The notes under the pieces are model-generated. The model was not told the origin of the DNA. It worked only from the letters and a program-made list of their open reading frames with translations, and searched no databases. Below, in pieces: positions 28,415 to 43,312 of a DNA stretch of 64,000 nt (its first letter is position 1; each line of letters begins with the position of its first letter). This DNA comes from the human T2T-CHM13v2.0 reference genome, Homo sapiens: the NCBI RefSeq assembly GCF_009914755.1, contig NC_060932.1. The stretch is one strand, 5' to 3'. A program made the translations under genes and the position numbers.

Positions 28415-28725
28415 GGCCAGGCGTGGTGGCTCACGCCTGTAATCCCAGCACTTTGGGAGGCCGAGGTGGGTGGATCATCTGAGATCAGGAGTTTTGAGAC
28501 CAGCCTGGCCAACATGACAAAACCCTGTCTCTACTAAAAATACAAAAAATCAGCCAGACATGGTGGCAGGTGCCTGGAATCCAAGCTACTCAGGAGGCTG
28601 AGGCAGAGAGAATTGCTTGAACCTGGGAGGCGGAGGTTGCAATGAGCCGGGATCATGCCACTGCACTCCAGCCTGGGCGACAAAGCGAGACTCCACCTCA
28701 AAAAAAAAAAAAAAAAAAAAAAAAA
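28415..28725 (+). mobile_element. AluS inside the L1
   Basis: Alu consensus with A tail. Confidence 0.95.
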
Positions 28726-28760
28726 CAATCGACATACTGAGTCTCTCGTCTCTCTCTCTC

Positions 28761-29056
28761 TGTTGTTGTTGTTGTTTTTTTTTTTTTTTTGAGGATCTCA
28801 CTCTGTTACTCAGGCTGGAGTGAAGTGACATCACAGCTCACTGTAACCTCCACCTCCCAGGCTCAAGCAATCCTCCCACCTCAGCTTTCCTAGTAGCTGG
28901 AACCACAGGCACAAGCCACTATACCTGGCTAATTTTTGTAGAGATGGGGCTTCGCCATGTTGCCTAGACTGGTCTCAAACTCCTGGGCTCAAGTGATCTG
29001 CCCACTTCAGCCTCCTAAAGTGTTGGGATTACAGGCATAAACCACGGTTCCCAGCC
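28761..29056 (-). mobile_element. AluJ inside the L1
   Basis: Alu consensus; agtctct on both flanks. Confidence 0.9.
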
Positions 29057-32000
29057 CCATAAGTCTCTTAATAGCAGAACTGATCAAGCAGAAGAAAGAA
29101 TTAGTAAGCGTGAAGACAGGCTATCTGAAAAAAATACAGTCAGAGGAGACAAAAGAAAAAAGAATGAAGCACACCTATAAAATCTGGAAAATAGTTTTAA
29201 AAGGGCAATTCTAAAAGTTATTGGTCTTCAAAGAGGCAGAGAAAGAGATAGAGGTAGAAAGTTTATTCAAAGGGATAACAACAGAGAACTCCCCAAACCT
29301 AGATAAAAATAACAGTATCCAGTACAAGAAGGTTATAGAACATCAAACAAATGTAACCCAAAGACAATTACCTCAAGGCTTTTTAATAATTAAACTCACA
29401 AAGGTCAAAGATAAAGGATCCTAAAAGCAACAAGAGAAAAGAAACAAATAACATACAATGAAGCTCCAATATGTCTGGCAGCAGACTATTCAGTGGAAAC
29501 CACACAGGCCAGGATACAGTGGTATGACATATTTAAAGTGCTTATGGAAAAAAACTTTTACCTGAAAATAGTACATATCTGGTGAAACTATCCTTTAAAC
29601 ATGAAAGAGAAATAATTTCCCAGACAAATGAAAGCTGAGGGATTTCATCAACACCAGACATGTCCTGCATGAAATGCTAAAGGGAGTACTTCAATCAGAA
29701 AAAGGACATTAATGAGTAAGAAGAAATCATCTAAAAGTACACAACTCACTGGTTATAAAAAGTACACAGAAAAATATAGTATTATAACACTGTGTAACTG
29801 TGGACATGTAAAATACTCTTAAGTAGAAAGACAGAAAGATGACTCACAGCTTTTCAAGACACAGGCAGTACAATAAGGTATAAACAAAAACAACAAAAGG
29901 TTAAAAAGCAGGGGAACAAAGTTAAAGTGTAGAGTTATTAGTTTTATTTTTGCTTGTTTATTTGTTTATGCAAGCAGTGTTATCAGCTTAAAATAATGGG
30001 TTATAAGATAGTACTTGCAAGCCTCATGGTAACCTCAAACCAAAAAAACCTATAATGAATAAACAAAAAATAAAAAGTAAGAAATTAAATCAAACCATCA
30101 GAGACAATAACCTTCACTAAAAGGAAGACAGGAAAGAAGGAAAGAAAGAAGAAAAGACCACAAAACAACGAGAAAATAACAAAATTGGAAGAGTAAGTCT
30201 TTATCAATAGTCACACTGAATATACATAGGCTAAACTCTTCAATAAAAAGATACATAGTGGCTGAATGAACAAAAACACAAGCCCCAATGATCTGTTGTG
30301 TACATGAGACACACTTCACCTGTAATGATACAAACCGACTGAAAATAAAGGGATGGAAAAAGATATTCCATGCAAATGGAAAGCAAAAAAGAGCAGGAGT
30401 AGCTATACTTGTATCAGAAAAAATATATTTCAAGACAAAAACTAGGAAGAGACAAAGCCAATATGCAATGATAAAGAGGTCAATTCAGCAAGAGGATACA
30501 GCAATTGTGTGTGGATGTGTGTGTGTGTATATATATAGATATGCACACCCAGCACTGCACCCAAATATATAAAGCAAATATTATTAGAGCTAAAGACAGA
30601 GACAGACCCCAATACAGTAACAGCTGGAGACTTCAACACCTCATTTTCCATATTGGACAGACCTTCCAGCAGATCAACAAAGAAACATCAGATTTAATCT
30701 GCACTACATAACAAATGGATCTAACAGATATTTACAGAATATTTCATCCAATGGCAGTAGCATACACATTCTTTTCCTCAGCACATGGATCATTCTAGAG
30801 GATAGACCATATGTTAGGACTCAAAACAAATCTGAAAACACTTTAAACAAGTGAATCTGAAGCCTCTTTCTGGTACAACGGAATAAAACTAGAAATCAGT
30901 AACAAGAATAATTTTAGAAACAACACAAACACATGAAAATTAAAGAATATGCTCCTGAATGACCAGTGGGTCAATGAAGAAATTAAGAAGGAAATTGAAA
31001 AATTTATTGAAACAAATGATAATGAAGACACAACGTACCCAAACCTATGGAATATAGTGAAAGTAGTCCTAAGAGCAAATTTTATAGCTGTTAGTGTCTA
31101 CATCAAAAAAGAAGAAAAACTCCAAATAAACAACCTAATGATGTTTCTTAAAGAACTAGAAAAGCAAGAGCAAATCAAACCCAAAATTAGTAGAAGAAAA
31201 TAAAGATCAGAGCACAAATGAATGAAATTGAAATTTTAAAAATACAAAACATCAACAAAACAAAAAGTTGGTTTTCTGAAATGATAGATAAACTTGACAA
31301 ACCTTAACCAAGACTAAGAAAAAAAGACCGAAGACACAAATAAATAAAATTAGAGATGAAAAAGGAGACATTACAACTGATACCACAGAAATTCAAAGGA
31401 TTCTTAGTGGCTACTCTGAGCAACTACATGCCGGTAAACTGGAAAATCTAAAGGAAATGGATAAATTCCTAGACACATAGAATCTATGAAGATTGAACCA
31501 AGAAGAAATTCAAAACCTGAACAGACCAATAACAAGCAATGAGATCAAAGCCATAACAAAAAGTCTCTCAGCAAAAGAAAGCGTGAAATCTGATGGCTTC
31601 ACTGCTAAATTCTACCAAACATGTAAAGAACTAATACGAATCCTATTCAAACTATTCTGAGAAACAGAGTAGGAAGGAATATTTCCAAATTCATTCTACA
31701 AGGCCAGTATTACCCTGATACCACAACCAGACAAAGACACATTAAAAAAAAAATTGCAGGCCAATATCACTGATGAATATTGATGCAAAAATCCTCAACA
31801 AAATACCAGCAAACCAAATTCAACAACACATTTAAAAGATTATTCATCATGACCAAGTGGGATTTATCCCAGGGATGCAAGGATGGTTCAACATACACAA
31901 ATTAATCAATGTGATACACCATATCAATAGAATGAAAGACAATACCATATGATCATTTCAATTGATTGAAAAAGCATTTGATAAAAACTCTCAAAGAAGT

Positions 32001-33165
32001 AGGTATAGAAGGAATATTCCTCAACACAATGAAAGCCATATACAACAGACCACAGCTAGTATTGTACTGAAAAGGGAAAAACAGAAAGCCCTTCCTGTAA
32101 GGTCTGAAACACAACAAGGATGCCTACTTTCACCACTGTTATTCAACAAAGTACTGAAAGAACTAGCTGGAGGAATCAGAAAAGAGAAAGAAATAAAAGA
32201 CATCCGAACTTGAAAGGAAGAAGTCAAATTATCTATTTGCAGGTGATACGATCTTATATTTGGAAAAGCCTGAACGCTCTACCAAAGAACTATTAGAACT
32301 GATAAATTCAGTAAAGCTGCAGGATACAAAAATCAACATACAAAATTCAGTAGCATTTCTATTTGACAACAGTGAACAATCTGAGAAAGAAATTTTAAAA
32401 ATTAACCAAAGACGTGAAAGATCCCTACAATGAAAACTACAGAACAGTGATGAAAGACACTGAAGAGGACACCAGAAAAATTGAAAGATATTTTATGTTT
32501 ATGGATTAGAAGAATCAATATTGCTAAAATGTCCATATTACCCAAAGCAATCTATAGAATACCATGACATTCTTCAGAGAAATAGAAAAAAAAAATCCTA
32601 CAATTTATATGGAATCAAAAAAGACCCAGAATAGCCAAAGCTATCCTGAGCAAAAAGTACAAAACTGAAGAAATCACATTACCTGCCTTCAAGTTATACT
32701 ACAGAGCTATAGTAGCCAAAATGGCACAGTACTGGCATCAAAAGAGATATGTAGATCACTGGAACAGAATAGAGAACCCAAAAATGAATCCATACATCTA
32801 GTGAATTCATTTTTGACAAAGGAACCAAGAACATACATTGGGAGAAAGGACAGTCTCTTCAATAAACAGTGCTGGGAAAACTGGATATCCATATACAAAA
32901 GAATGAAACTAGACTCCTTTATCTTGCCATATACAAAAATCAGATCAAAATGGATTAAAAACTTACATCTAAGACCTCAAACTATGAAACTACCGTAAGA
33001 AAACATTGAGGATTCTCTAGGACATTAAGCTGGGCAAAGATTTCTTGAGAATACCCCACAATCACAGGTAACCAAAGTAAAAATGGACAAATGGACACAT
33101 CAAGTTAAAAAGCTTCTGCAAAGCAAAGGAAACAATCAACAAAGTGAAGAAACATCCCACAGAAT

Positions 33166-33437
33166 AGTGGTTCTCATTGTGCAGCTCAGAGAAGGTGCAA
33201 TACTCTCCAGCTCCACCATTACCATTACTATAAATAATGTTTGTAAAATTCATACCTAGTAAACAATTTAGGACGGTCATGCCTGCTTACAGGTGTTGTC
33301 TGTTGAAACTAGTCTACAGATTGTTTCATGAATGCTTTGTCAAATTATGACAAAGTGCAATAATGTTTGAAGACTATAAGTGACACTGTATCTTGTTTCT
33401 AATAAGATAAACTTTTTTTTGTCTTTGCTTTATCTTA
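33166..33437 (+). pseudogene. Processed pseudogene fragment of ribosomal protein L15 (C-terminal codons plus 3'UTR)
   Basis: Translates SGSHCAAQRRCNTLQLHHYH, matching the RPL15 C-terminus [20 protein letters not shown] with CpG-type decay; followed by RPL15-like UTR (gtttgtaaaattcatac..aaacaatttaggac..taataagataaac); recognised from memory. Confidence 0.85.
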
Positions 33438-33615
33438 AAAAGTTTATATCCCTTAATATTATACATTGCATTCCAGGAATATATCATTCATTCCTTCCAC
33501 CCAGCCAATGTTTATTCATTGAGTACTTAACACAAGCCAGGAACTATGGTTGATGTTGGGACAAGTGAAGAGATGTAGTTCCTTATCTCGTACATGTATA
33601 TAAATAATGTATATA

Positions 33616-33922
33616 TAGACAGTTCCCAACTTACAATGGTTCAACTTACCATTTTTTGACTTTACAATATATTCATACAACTATTGTTTTTCATTTTCAG
33701 TATAGTATTCAATAAATTACATGAGATATTCAGTACTGTAGCATAAAACAGGCTTTGTGTTAGATGATTTTGCCCACCTGTAGGCTAAGGTAAGTATCCT
33801 GGGCATGTTCAAGGCAGGCAAGGCTAAGCTATAATGTTCTGTAGGTTAGGTGTATTAAATACATTTTCCACTTAAACAACGGGTTTATTGAGACATAATC
33901 CCATCGTAAGTCGAGGAGCATA
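33616..33922 (-). mobile_element. MER47A-like Tigger MITE
   Basis: cccatcgtaagtcgaggagcat end; aacttacaatggttcaactt. Confidence 0.75.
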
Positions 33923-34068
33923 CAAGTCTGCACACAGATAGGCAGATATACAGATAGACAGACGGATAGATAAATCTACAGATATACTGAAGGAAAGGCA
34001 TAGAATATTATGAATTAGGGACCTAGTTTAGATTAGAGGGGACAGTGCAGAACTCTCAGAGAGGGTGA

Positions 34069-34378
<310 letters not shown>

Positions 34379-35740
34379 GAGAGGGTGATATTTAAACTGG
34401 AAACTACTCAGGCAAAGAAGGAAAGAACATTCTAGACAAAGGACATACCTCATATGAATGCCCTGAAGAGAAAATAATTTAAGATGTTCTAGAAACCAAA
34501 AGAATGCTGGTGTGAGTGCAGCATAGTAAGAAACAGAAGAGATCTAGCGATGGAATTGGAGAGGCAGGTGGAGCCAGGTCACAGAAAGTCTACAGACACT
34601 ATGGGTGTGTCAGGTTTCATGGTATCATGCAAAGCCAATAAAAAGCTTCAAGTAAGAAGCTGGCATTTCATTTGGTATTTTAAAAAGATCACTCCGGTCT
34701 CTATAAACGGGTAAGAGGAGTGAAAAAGTAGACATGAAGATGCCTGTTAGGAGAATGCCGCAGTAATCTGAGGGAGAAATGAGGGTGTCTGCAGTAGCTT
34801 AATGGTAGCAGAAATGGCACTGAGGGAAAAGATTCTTAATTCTAGCTTGGAGGATGTTTAAATAAACTATAACAAATCCAGAGAACAGATCATAAAAGCT
34901 CACTCTCATCATCGTGATTCTTCATCAACGTTTAGAAATAGTGTATCACATGGACCTTGAAGAAGAGGTAGGAGTAATTACAAAATTTTGGAGCTAAAAG
35001 GAAGCACAAGAATCCTGTAGTCATCTTTTACTACCCACACATACGTGTAGTTAGAATCAGAGTGAGCATCGGATTATGATCTTTAGCCTCCACAGACCAC
35101 CTTGCCATATTGTCTCATGAACAGGAATATACTTTACCCACTTCCTCTTTTCAAACTTAACTAGACACTACTCCACTTTGCTACAACCCTTGTAGTAATG
35201 CACTGCTTACTCACTCTGGAATTTGGAGAAAGGATAGAGAATGAAGAAGGAATGGGAAATCAAATTTTAAAGAATAAGTATCATTCTCACTAAATCAACC
35301 CACAAACACAAATAATATTGTCTTCTGTTCCTTACCCTACTTTCTGGGCCCCAGGCATATTCAGAAGCCTGATATAAGTTCCTGGGCCCAAAACACTTAA
35401 AGAAAACAAGAGCCTCATGATCATTTGAAATGTGAGTTAACTCCAAAGGCTTAAGCATAACTCATTTAGAGAAAATCAGGCCAAGGATTAATGATCATTC
35501 TCCAATACTTTTCTTTGCTTAATTCCTAAGATTACACAACTATTAATTACTTATAGTGAGTAACTCCTCTTGTTCTCTTTAAGTAATAGAAAATTTGTAT
35601 CTACTATGTCCTAAATAACATGTTATATGAATTTCACCTCAATATGTCTACACTAATGTGTTATATCACTGTATCGCTTCCTTAACTTAAAAATATTATA
35701 AATGTAGTTATATATAAATGTACACTGCAATCAAACATTA

Positions 35741-36305
<565 letters not shown>

Positions 36306-36368
36306 TCCTAGACTGGGAGTCAGGAAGTGGAAACCTATGAAAAGGGAAACGAGTAGGTACCACTTTCA

Positions 36369-36770
<402 letters not shown>

Positions 36771-37702
36771 CAATGGCATCTTTGTACCACATAGGCTTGA
36801 ATGACTGCTCCTGAGTTAACAAGAAAACAACTGGCCATAACACTCCAGGGTAATTTTGGCGTTTTCGGCACACCACCATCTCCTTTCCATTTCCAGCTTC
36901 TCTTATTTCCTACCACCATATATAAAATAGGACAGAAAAAGAGGAATATGAGGATGATACAATATATAATATTCTTTTCTCCTGCCATTTGGATTTTACT
37001 ACTGTACTCTGTTTAAACTTGAGATTTTAGTTCCAAGTGGAAGGGCTCAGAAATGCAGGAATCCTCTTTCTATATTACTGTTATATTCTTGAGCCACTAC
37101 CCTCATCTCATTCCTGTAGTCAGATTTCAGCTCAAATTTAATTACCACTGTCCACAGGTATAGAGTGTCTAGAAGGGGGCTGGGTTCACAGTTGCCTCCT
37201 GGTGTTAGTTAGACCTAAGGACTCTACAGTGATGTAACTTGTGGTCTGTTTGAGGTAGAAATTTCTAACTCTATGAGCTCTCACCTGATCCTAAACCTCC
37301 CCACCTCCTCCAATCATCCCTACTTCCAGCTTCCATTTATGTGTAACAAAAGATGAACAAATGGAAATATATTGCTTGAAGATGATGAGGAAGAAGAAAA
37401 AATGACAAGGGTTGAAGCCTGACTATTGGGTCTAACTACTCTTTATGACCTCCAAATCCCTGCTGAGGTTAACTACTAAATGGATCAGCATATATTAAAT
37501 GCACACTGACACATGCATATAATGTATACCATTTTCCATTAATCACTGGTCAGTGTTATCTTTCTTCAGAATGTGGGGAAAAAATACAATCATATCACCA
37601 AACTCTATTATAATATTTCTCATCAAAACATGGTTCTAAACAATATTTCTAAGGTTACTTTATTCTAAATCAAGTGAAAAACTCTCTTTTAAATTAAAAA
37701 GT

Positions 37703-37835
37703 TTTTTCTTTTTTAGAGACAAGAACCTTGCTATATTGCATATGCTGGTCTCGAACTCCTGGGTTCAAGTGATCCTTCTGCTTCAGCCTCCCTGAGTAGC
37801 TGGGGACTATAAATGCAAACCACCACACCTGACCA
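37703..37835 (-). mobile_element. Alu monomer (FLAM-like)
   Basis: Single diverged arm. Confidence 0.75.
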
Positions 37836-37893
37836 TAAGTGAAAAACTCTTAGGAACCCATATTTTTCCCCTTGAACAATCAGAATTCAATTA

Positions 37894-38079
<186 letters not shown>

Positions 38080-38787
38080 CTAGATATGAAAAACCATTAT
38101 AATTCCTAAAAATTAACATAAAGGTTACACTTGTATTTTAAGGATATGAATATTTACATAAGAGATTTTGTAAATACTTTTGAGGATAGAAACTGGAAAG
38201 TATTCAACAAAATATAGATAAAAATGAAAAAAATCACAGAAAATGAAGGCAATACAGAAAAGATCCATTCTGGCATAAACTAATTCATGCTCTGAGGTGG
38301 ACATGAGTAATGTGCAACCAGAAAGGAGGGAAGTTGAACAATGAAAATATTTGTTTTTGCTCAAGGTTTAAGAGCTTTTGCAGTCTCTCAAAAGGGCCAT
38401 GACAATTATTGGAAATAAAGATATCAAAAACATTCAAATCTTAGTTTAGAAGAACATAAATGTGCTGTTAATGAATTTAAAGCTGACTTTATATACAGTG
38501 GGTATAAGAGTAACAATACTTGAGATTTATTTAAAACCAGTTAACAATCTCTCTGACTGAGTCACTGTGGCAACTGAATTATGTCAGGTGATCTGTACAA
38601 AGTATCCTTGGAATGTTTTGTCTTGTATAAGAGTACCCTAAACAGAAATGCCTTTTGCACCTTGATAAAGCTGTGGAATACAAGTTTGGAGTCTGTAAGA
38701 CGGTAACCCCATTACCAAACTTGGGAACTAGCATAGCCAAAATGTTTACACTTTACCTCCAGAAACCTAGATAGATAAAACCCAGAA

Positions 38788-38891
38788 GTCTTATGTGATG
38801 TCTCTGAAGAGACATTTATTTAATTAAATATATTTCTACGTCTTATATGATGTCTCTGAAGAGGTATTTATTTAATTAAATATATTTCTAC
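38788..38891. repeat. 52-bp tandem duplication (2 copies)
   Basis: 38788-38839 and 38840-38891 differ at 3 positions. Confidence 0.95.
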
Positions 38892-39004
38892 CACCTTCCA
38901 TAAAGAACTTAAGGTAACTCTTAAGATATAATTCCTGTAAATTTACATGAAAGTACACAGAAAAACAATCAAGCAAGTCATCAGAAGCTTGCAAAAACTA
39001 TAGA

Positions 39005-39130
39005 GAGTGTGGTGTTATGTGCCCGTAGTCCCAACTATTCAGGAGGCTGGGGAAGGAGGATGGCACAAGACCAGGAATTCAAGTCCAGCCTAGGCAACAT
39101 AGCAAAATCCTGTCTCAAACAAAAACAAAA
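39005..39130 (+). mobile_element. Alu monomer (FLAM-like)
   Basis: Single diverged arm. Confidence 0.7.
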
Positions 39131-41540
39131 GTACAGAGGAACCAAAACTTTCAGAAAATGTAACTGGGATATATACACTTATTTACTTCAGATTATTCTG
39201 CAAACAGATTTTTCTAACATGTCAGAAAGGGAGGCAGGAGTGCTTTCCCTACAAATATGTAAAAATATTACCATGAAAGTTTTCAAGTGTTTAACGTATC
39301 ATTTAATGGAATAAAACCCTACTATCTTATAACTTTAAAAACTCAAGTCATGGCACTAAAAAAAAAAAATGAAAGAAAGAAGCTTTTTTACCTAAAGTTC
39401 AGGTGAATGCTTAAAAAACACACCAGGAATAACAAAATAAAAGACTACACACTGCTGCCAATAAGAAGTAAAGGAAGATTAAAATCACCTGGAAATTTTA
39501 AGCATGGCAAAATGTTTTAGCATTATGCCAATCAGAGGCAGAGAAAAGTCTTGACAGAAAATCTGAAGTAGCAGTTAATTGCCTGTGGATCTGGGTTAGG
39601 GATCCCATACGTGGGCGTACAGAATACTTTGCTTTGAGGTCCCCAAAATAAGTGCACTGCTTCACACAGAACACTTCTGCCATAGTGGGATTCTGAAGCT
39701 GTATAAAACAAAATCCTACTTTTCTTCTCCTGCCATCTTTTATGGAACATTCTACTCTTGACTTTTATCCTCGTGTGCTTGTATTAAGCTGTGCCTTATT
39801 TAGTGTTTAAATCACTTAAAGCCAGTTGTTACTACTGATGATTATTGTATACACAAAAATTGTGTTCTAAATATGCCTAAAATTTTTTTTTAATCACTGA
39901 CTCACCACACACTACATAAAAAGTAGCCTAACTATAAATATTCTGGGTGAAAAGGGAACATAAACAGCTTGTTAAAATCCACCTATTTTTTAAGTTTGAA
40001 AAGAACTAAGAATGAGAATTAGTTTTAAGAAATTCCTTTAAAGTTATTTGTATTTTAAAATGTTGTCATTTGTTATAGTTATCTAAATCAACTGAGGCCA
40101 AGATCACGGGTACAATTTTCTAACAGATTACTTAGCTTCATAGAAACTCACAAGCTGTTCTACAGCTGCAGGCTGCATAGCAGCACATGACACCAGGCAG
40201 CAAGCTGATAAGGAACAGTTGGACAACAAGCAGTTGCCACCGCTAGACTAGGACTCCAAGCACATGTTCTGCAAACAGGCACTGTTATGCTAAAGACGGG
40301 ACACTGTTGTGAAGGTAATACTCCCTAACTGGTATGTCCTTAGAAACTTTTCACAGTCTAGGTACTTATGAAAAGACATAAAAGGAATTTTTAATATTTC
40401 TTCAAAATAACATGAGTATGTACATATGTATAGGAAGACATTGCACAGGTGCATATAATATTGCTTATTCATTTAGAGAACCAAATGTCTTTTAAAGCAT
40501 AGCTTTTTAAAACCAAACATATGTAAACCCAGGTCAAAATACTCTAGTGTAGATTGAAAAATCAAATGAAAAAATTAGACTGAAAATTCTGGTGTAAAAA
40601 TATCTAAACAAATCCCAACTGTGAACTACCTTATAAAGCCGTAGAATAGAAGTCATCATGCTCGATAATAAAAGCCCTGAAGGTGAGCTGCTTTGACTAT
40701 ACTGCCAAAAATATGCCAGAGGCAAATCTTGAATTATTAAATTCTTTAATAAATTTTTAAAGTCCTATATAAAATCAAGTAAATTTGTGGTAAATGCATA
40801 GTTGCTCAATATTGTGTTTAAAACAGGAGTAACTTCACATATAATCATATGTATATACATATGTATATAATCGTATATATTCTTACTTTAGGTTTGGTAT
40901 ATACTTTCCTTATCTACTCTGCTTTAAACATCTCAAAACAGACACAAAAAATCCCTATACTGCAAAGGTTAATCTCAAAATTCAAATGAATTTTAATTTT
41001 TCCAATACATCTCAGATTAGAAAGTAGGTAATTTATTTTACAACCTAAGCATAACAAATATCATCAGATACCTACCCCTAGAAGTACTAAGAAATCCTTG
41101 CAAATAATTTATAAATGTAATTTTACCCAAGGATGTCAATGTGTGTTTTTAGAAACTAAGCAAAAAATACTAAAACTTTAAATCAAACTTTTTAAGTAGG
41201 TATCAGAAATCAAGTGACAGTTCTTCAATATTTAAGAAGTAAATATGAATTTCATGAGGCAAAAGAACATTTCTAGATATCAGGTATTTTTAAATTATTG
41301 TTAACTTTTTAGGTATGCTGGTATGGTTATGTTTAACTAGAGTACTTCTCTTTTAGAGAAACACACTGAGATAAATGCAGATGAAATGGTATGATATCTG
41401 AGATCTGCTTCAAAATTATCTAGGGGAGGAAAGAGATATAGATAGAACAAGACCGGCCATAAGTTGATAACTGTGGAAGGCAGGTAATGGGTACATTAGA
41501 GTTCATTACGCTAATCCCTCTACTGGTGAAGTTTGAAACA

Positions 41541-41837
41541 TTTTTTTTTTTTGAGACGGGGTCTGCCCTCTGTCACCCAGGATGGAGTGCAGTGACACGA
41601 TCTCAGCTCACTGTATGACTTGTGCCTCCCAGGCTCAAGCGATCGTCCCACCTTAGCCCTCCAAGTAGTTGGGACCACAGGCACATGCCACCATGCCCAG
41701 CTAATTTATGCATATTTTGTAGAGACAGGGTTTCATCATGTTGCCCAGGCTGGTCTTAACTCCTGGACTCATGTGATCCGCCTGTCTCGGCCACTCAAAA
41801 GTGCTGGGATTACAGGCGTTAGGTACCACGCCTGGCC
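41541..41837 (-). mobile_element. AluJ
   Basis: Alu consensus; TSD tgaaacatt. Confidence 0.9.
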
Positions 41838-42131
41838 TGAAACATTATATTTTTTAGAAGGATGGTTTATACACAGCGTTTTTCCATGTTGTGACAAACT
41901 GACATAAGACCTATAAATGTCTTGTTAGATTAAAATTTATCTTAAGCTTTATACAGTTGTCAATCATGAACGACAAATACAGAAACATTTTATAGATACC
42001 TAAAAGTCTAATTTTAATTACTACCAGAAGTTGCCTTTGTAAAATGTTCACCATCCCAAATTAAATACCCAAATATGGTGACTGGTTTAACTGAATAAAA
42101 CTAAAATTTCAACTATTACTTACTGAATTCA

Positions 42132-42290
<159 letters not shown>

Positions 42291-42540
42291 TCATGTTATA
42301 AACTTCTACTGTTTTATATAGTTTCATTTAAATAAGTCACCTCAAATCCCATAGCACTTTTATTTCTCTAAGTATCTCACATTACAATTTTTTATGGATT
42401 TGTTTTACGACTTCCAGATTGTAGACAATCTAAATTCTCTAAACAGGGGATTAGGTCCTATTATCTGTAAATCCCTGGATGCTACCTAGCACAGTGGTTT
42501 GGATATAACAGACAATCAATGAGCATTTGAACCTTATTTA

Positions 42541-42747
<207 letters not shown>

Positions 42748-42782
42748 CTAAAGTAAAAACAGAGATAGAAATTGATATTTTC

Positions 42783-43078
42783 TTTCTTTTTTTTTTTTTT
42801 GAGACAGAGTCTTGCTCTGTTGCCCAGGCTGGGGTGCAGTGGCACGATCTCGGCTCACTGCAACCTCTGCCCCCAGGTTCAAGCGATTCTCCTGCCTCGG
42901 CCTCCCGAGTAGCTGGGATTAAAGGCGCCTGCTACTGCGCCCAGCTAATTTTTTTTGTATTTTCAATAGAGACAGGGTTTCACCATCTTGGCCAGGCTGG
43001 TCTCCTGACCTCAGGTAATCTACCCGCCTCAGCCTCCCAAAGTGCTGGGATTACAGGCATGAGCCACTGTGCCCGGCC
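42783..43078 (-). mobile_element. AluS just upstream of the exon 16 acceptor
   Basis: TSD agaaattga(t/g)attttc at 42767-42782 and 43079-43094. Confidence 0.95.
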
Positions 43079-43270
43079 AGAAATTGAGATTTTCATGAGA
43101 TGTTTACATTCACCACACAGCCACTTAAAAAGCAGAAAATTTTGTTAAGATCCGCAGACTTTTGATTATAGAGTTAACAATTTCAAACACAAAGCTAAAA
43201 GTTAAACACACTAAATGCCTTCATAAATATATCAGGATATTCTTTTCAGTTTAGAAAATTTAAAAAGCAG

Positions 43271-43275
<5 letters not shown>

Positions 43276-43311
<36 letters not shown>
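43276..43311. repeat. (CA)n microsatellite
   Basis: Direct reading. Confidence 0.97.

Positions 43312-43312
<1 letters not shown>

Larger units (their letters stand above)
26101..33165 (+). mobile_element. Old L1 (L1PB/L1MA-like): 5'UTR, ORF1 and most of ORF2, 3'-truncated, antisense to ARFGEF1
   Basis: ggaacaaga-type 5' end; endonuclease remnant ICCVHETHFTCND..GWKKIFHANG (30288-30572); RT-region remnants; many stops and frameshifts. Confidence 0.93.

Noticed and set aside
30288-32998. L1 ORF2 endonuclease and RT ORF fragments as an active element
   Set aside because: Multiple stops, frameshifts and deletions; the RT catalytic motif has decayed (FAGDTI); there is no 3' end.
37165-37210. Two CTCF-like motifs
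   Set aside because: Both have mismatches at core positions and cannot be supported without ChIP data.
38788-38891. TGATG…CTGA resembling C/D-box snoRNA motifs, or the repeat as CRISPR-like
   Set aside because: The boxes are imperfect, lie on the non-transcribed strand and lack a terminal stem; there are only two adjacent copies with no spacers.
40846-40863. 18-bp palindrome catatgtatatacatatg
   Set aside because: Low-complexity AT-rich sequence, expected by chance in TA-repeat decay.
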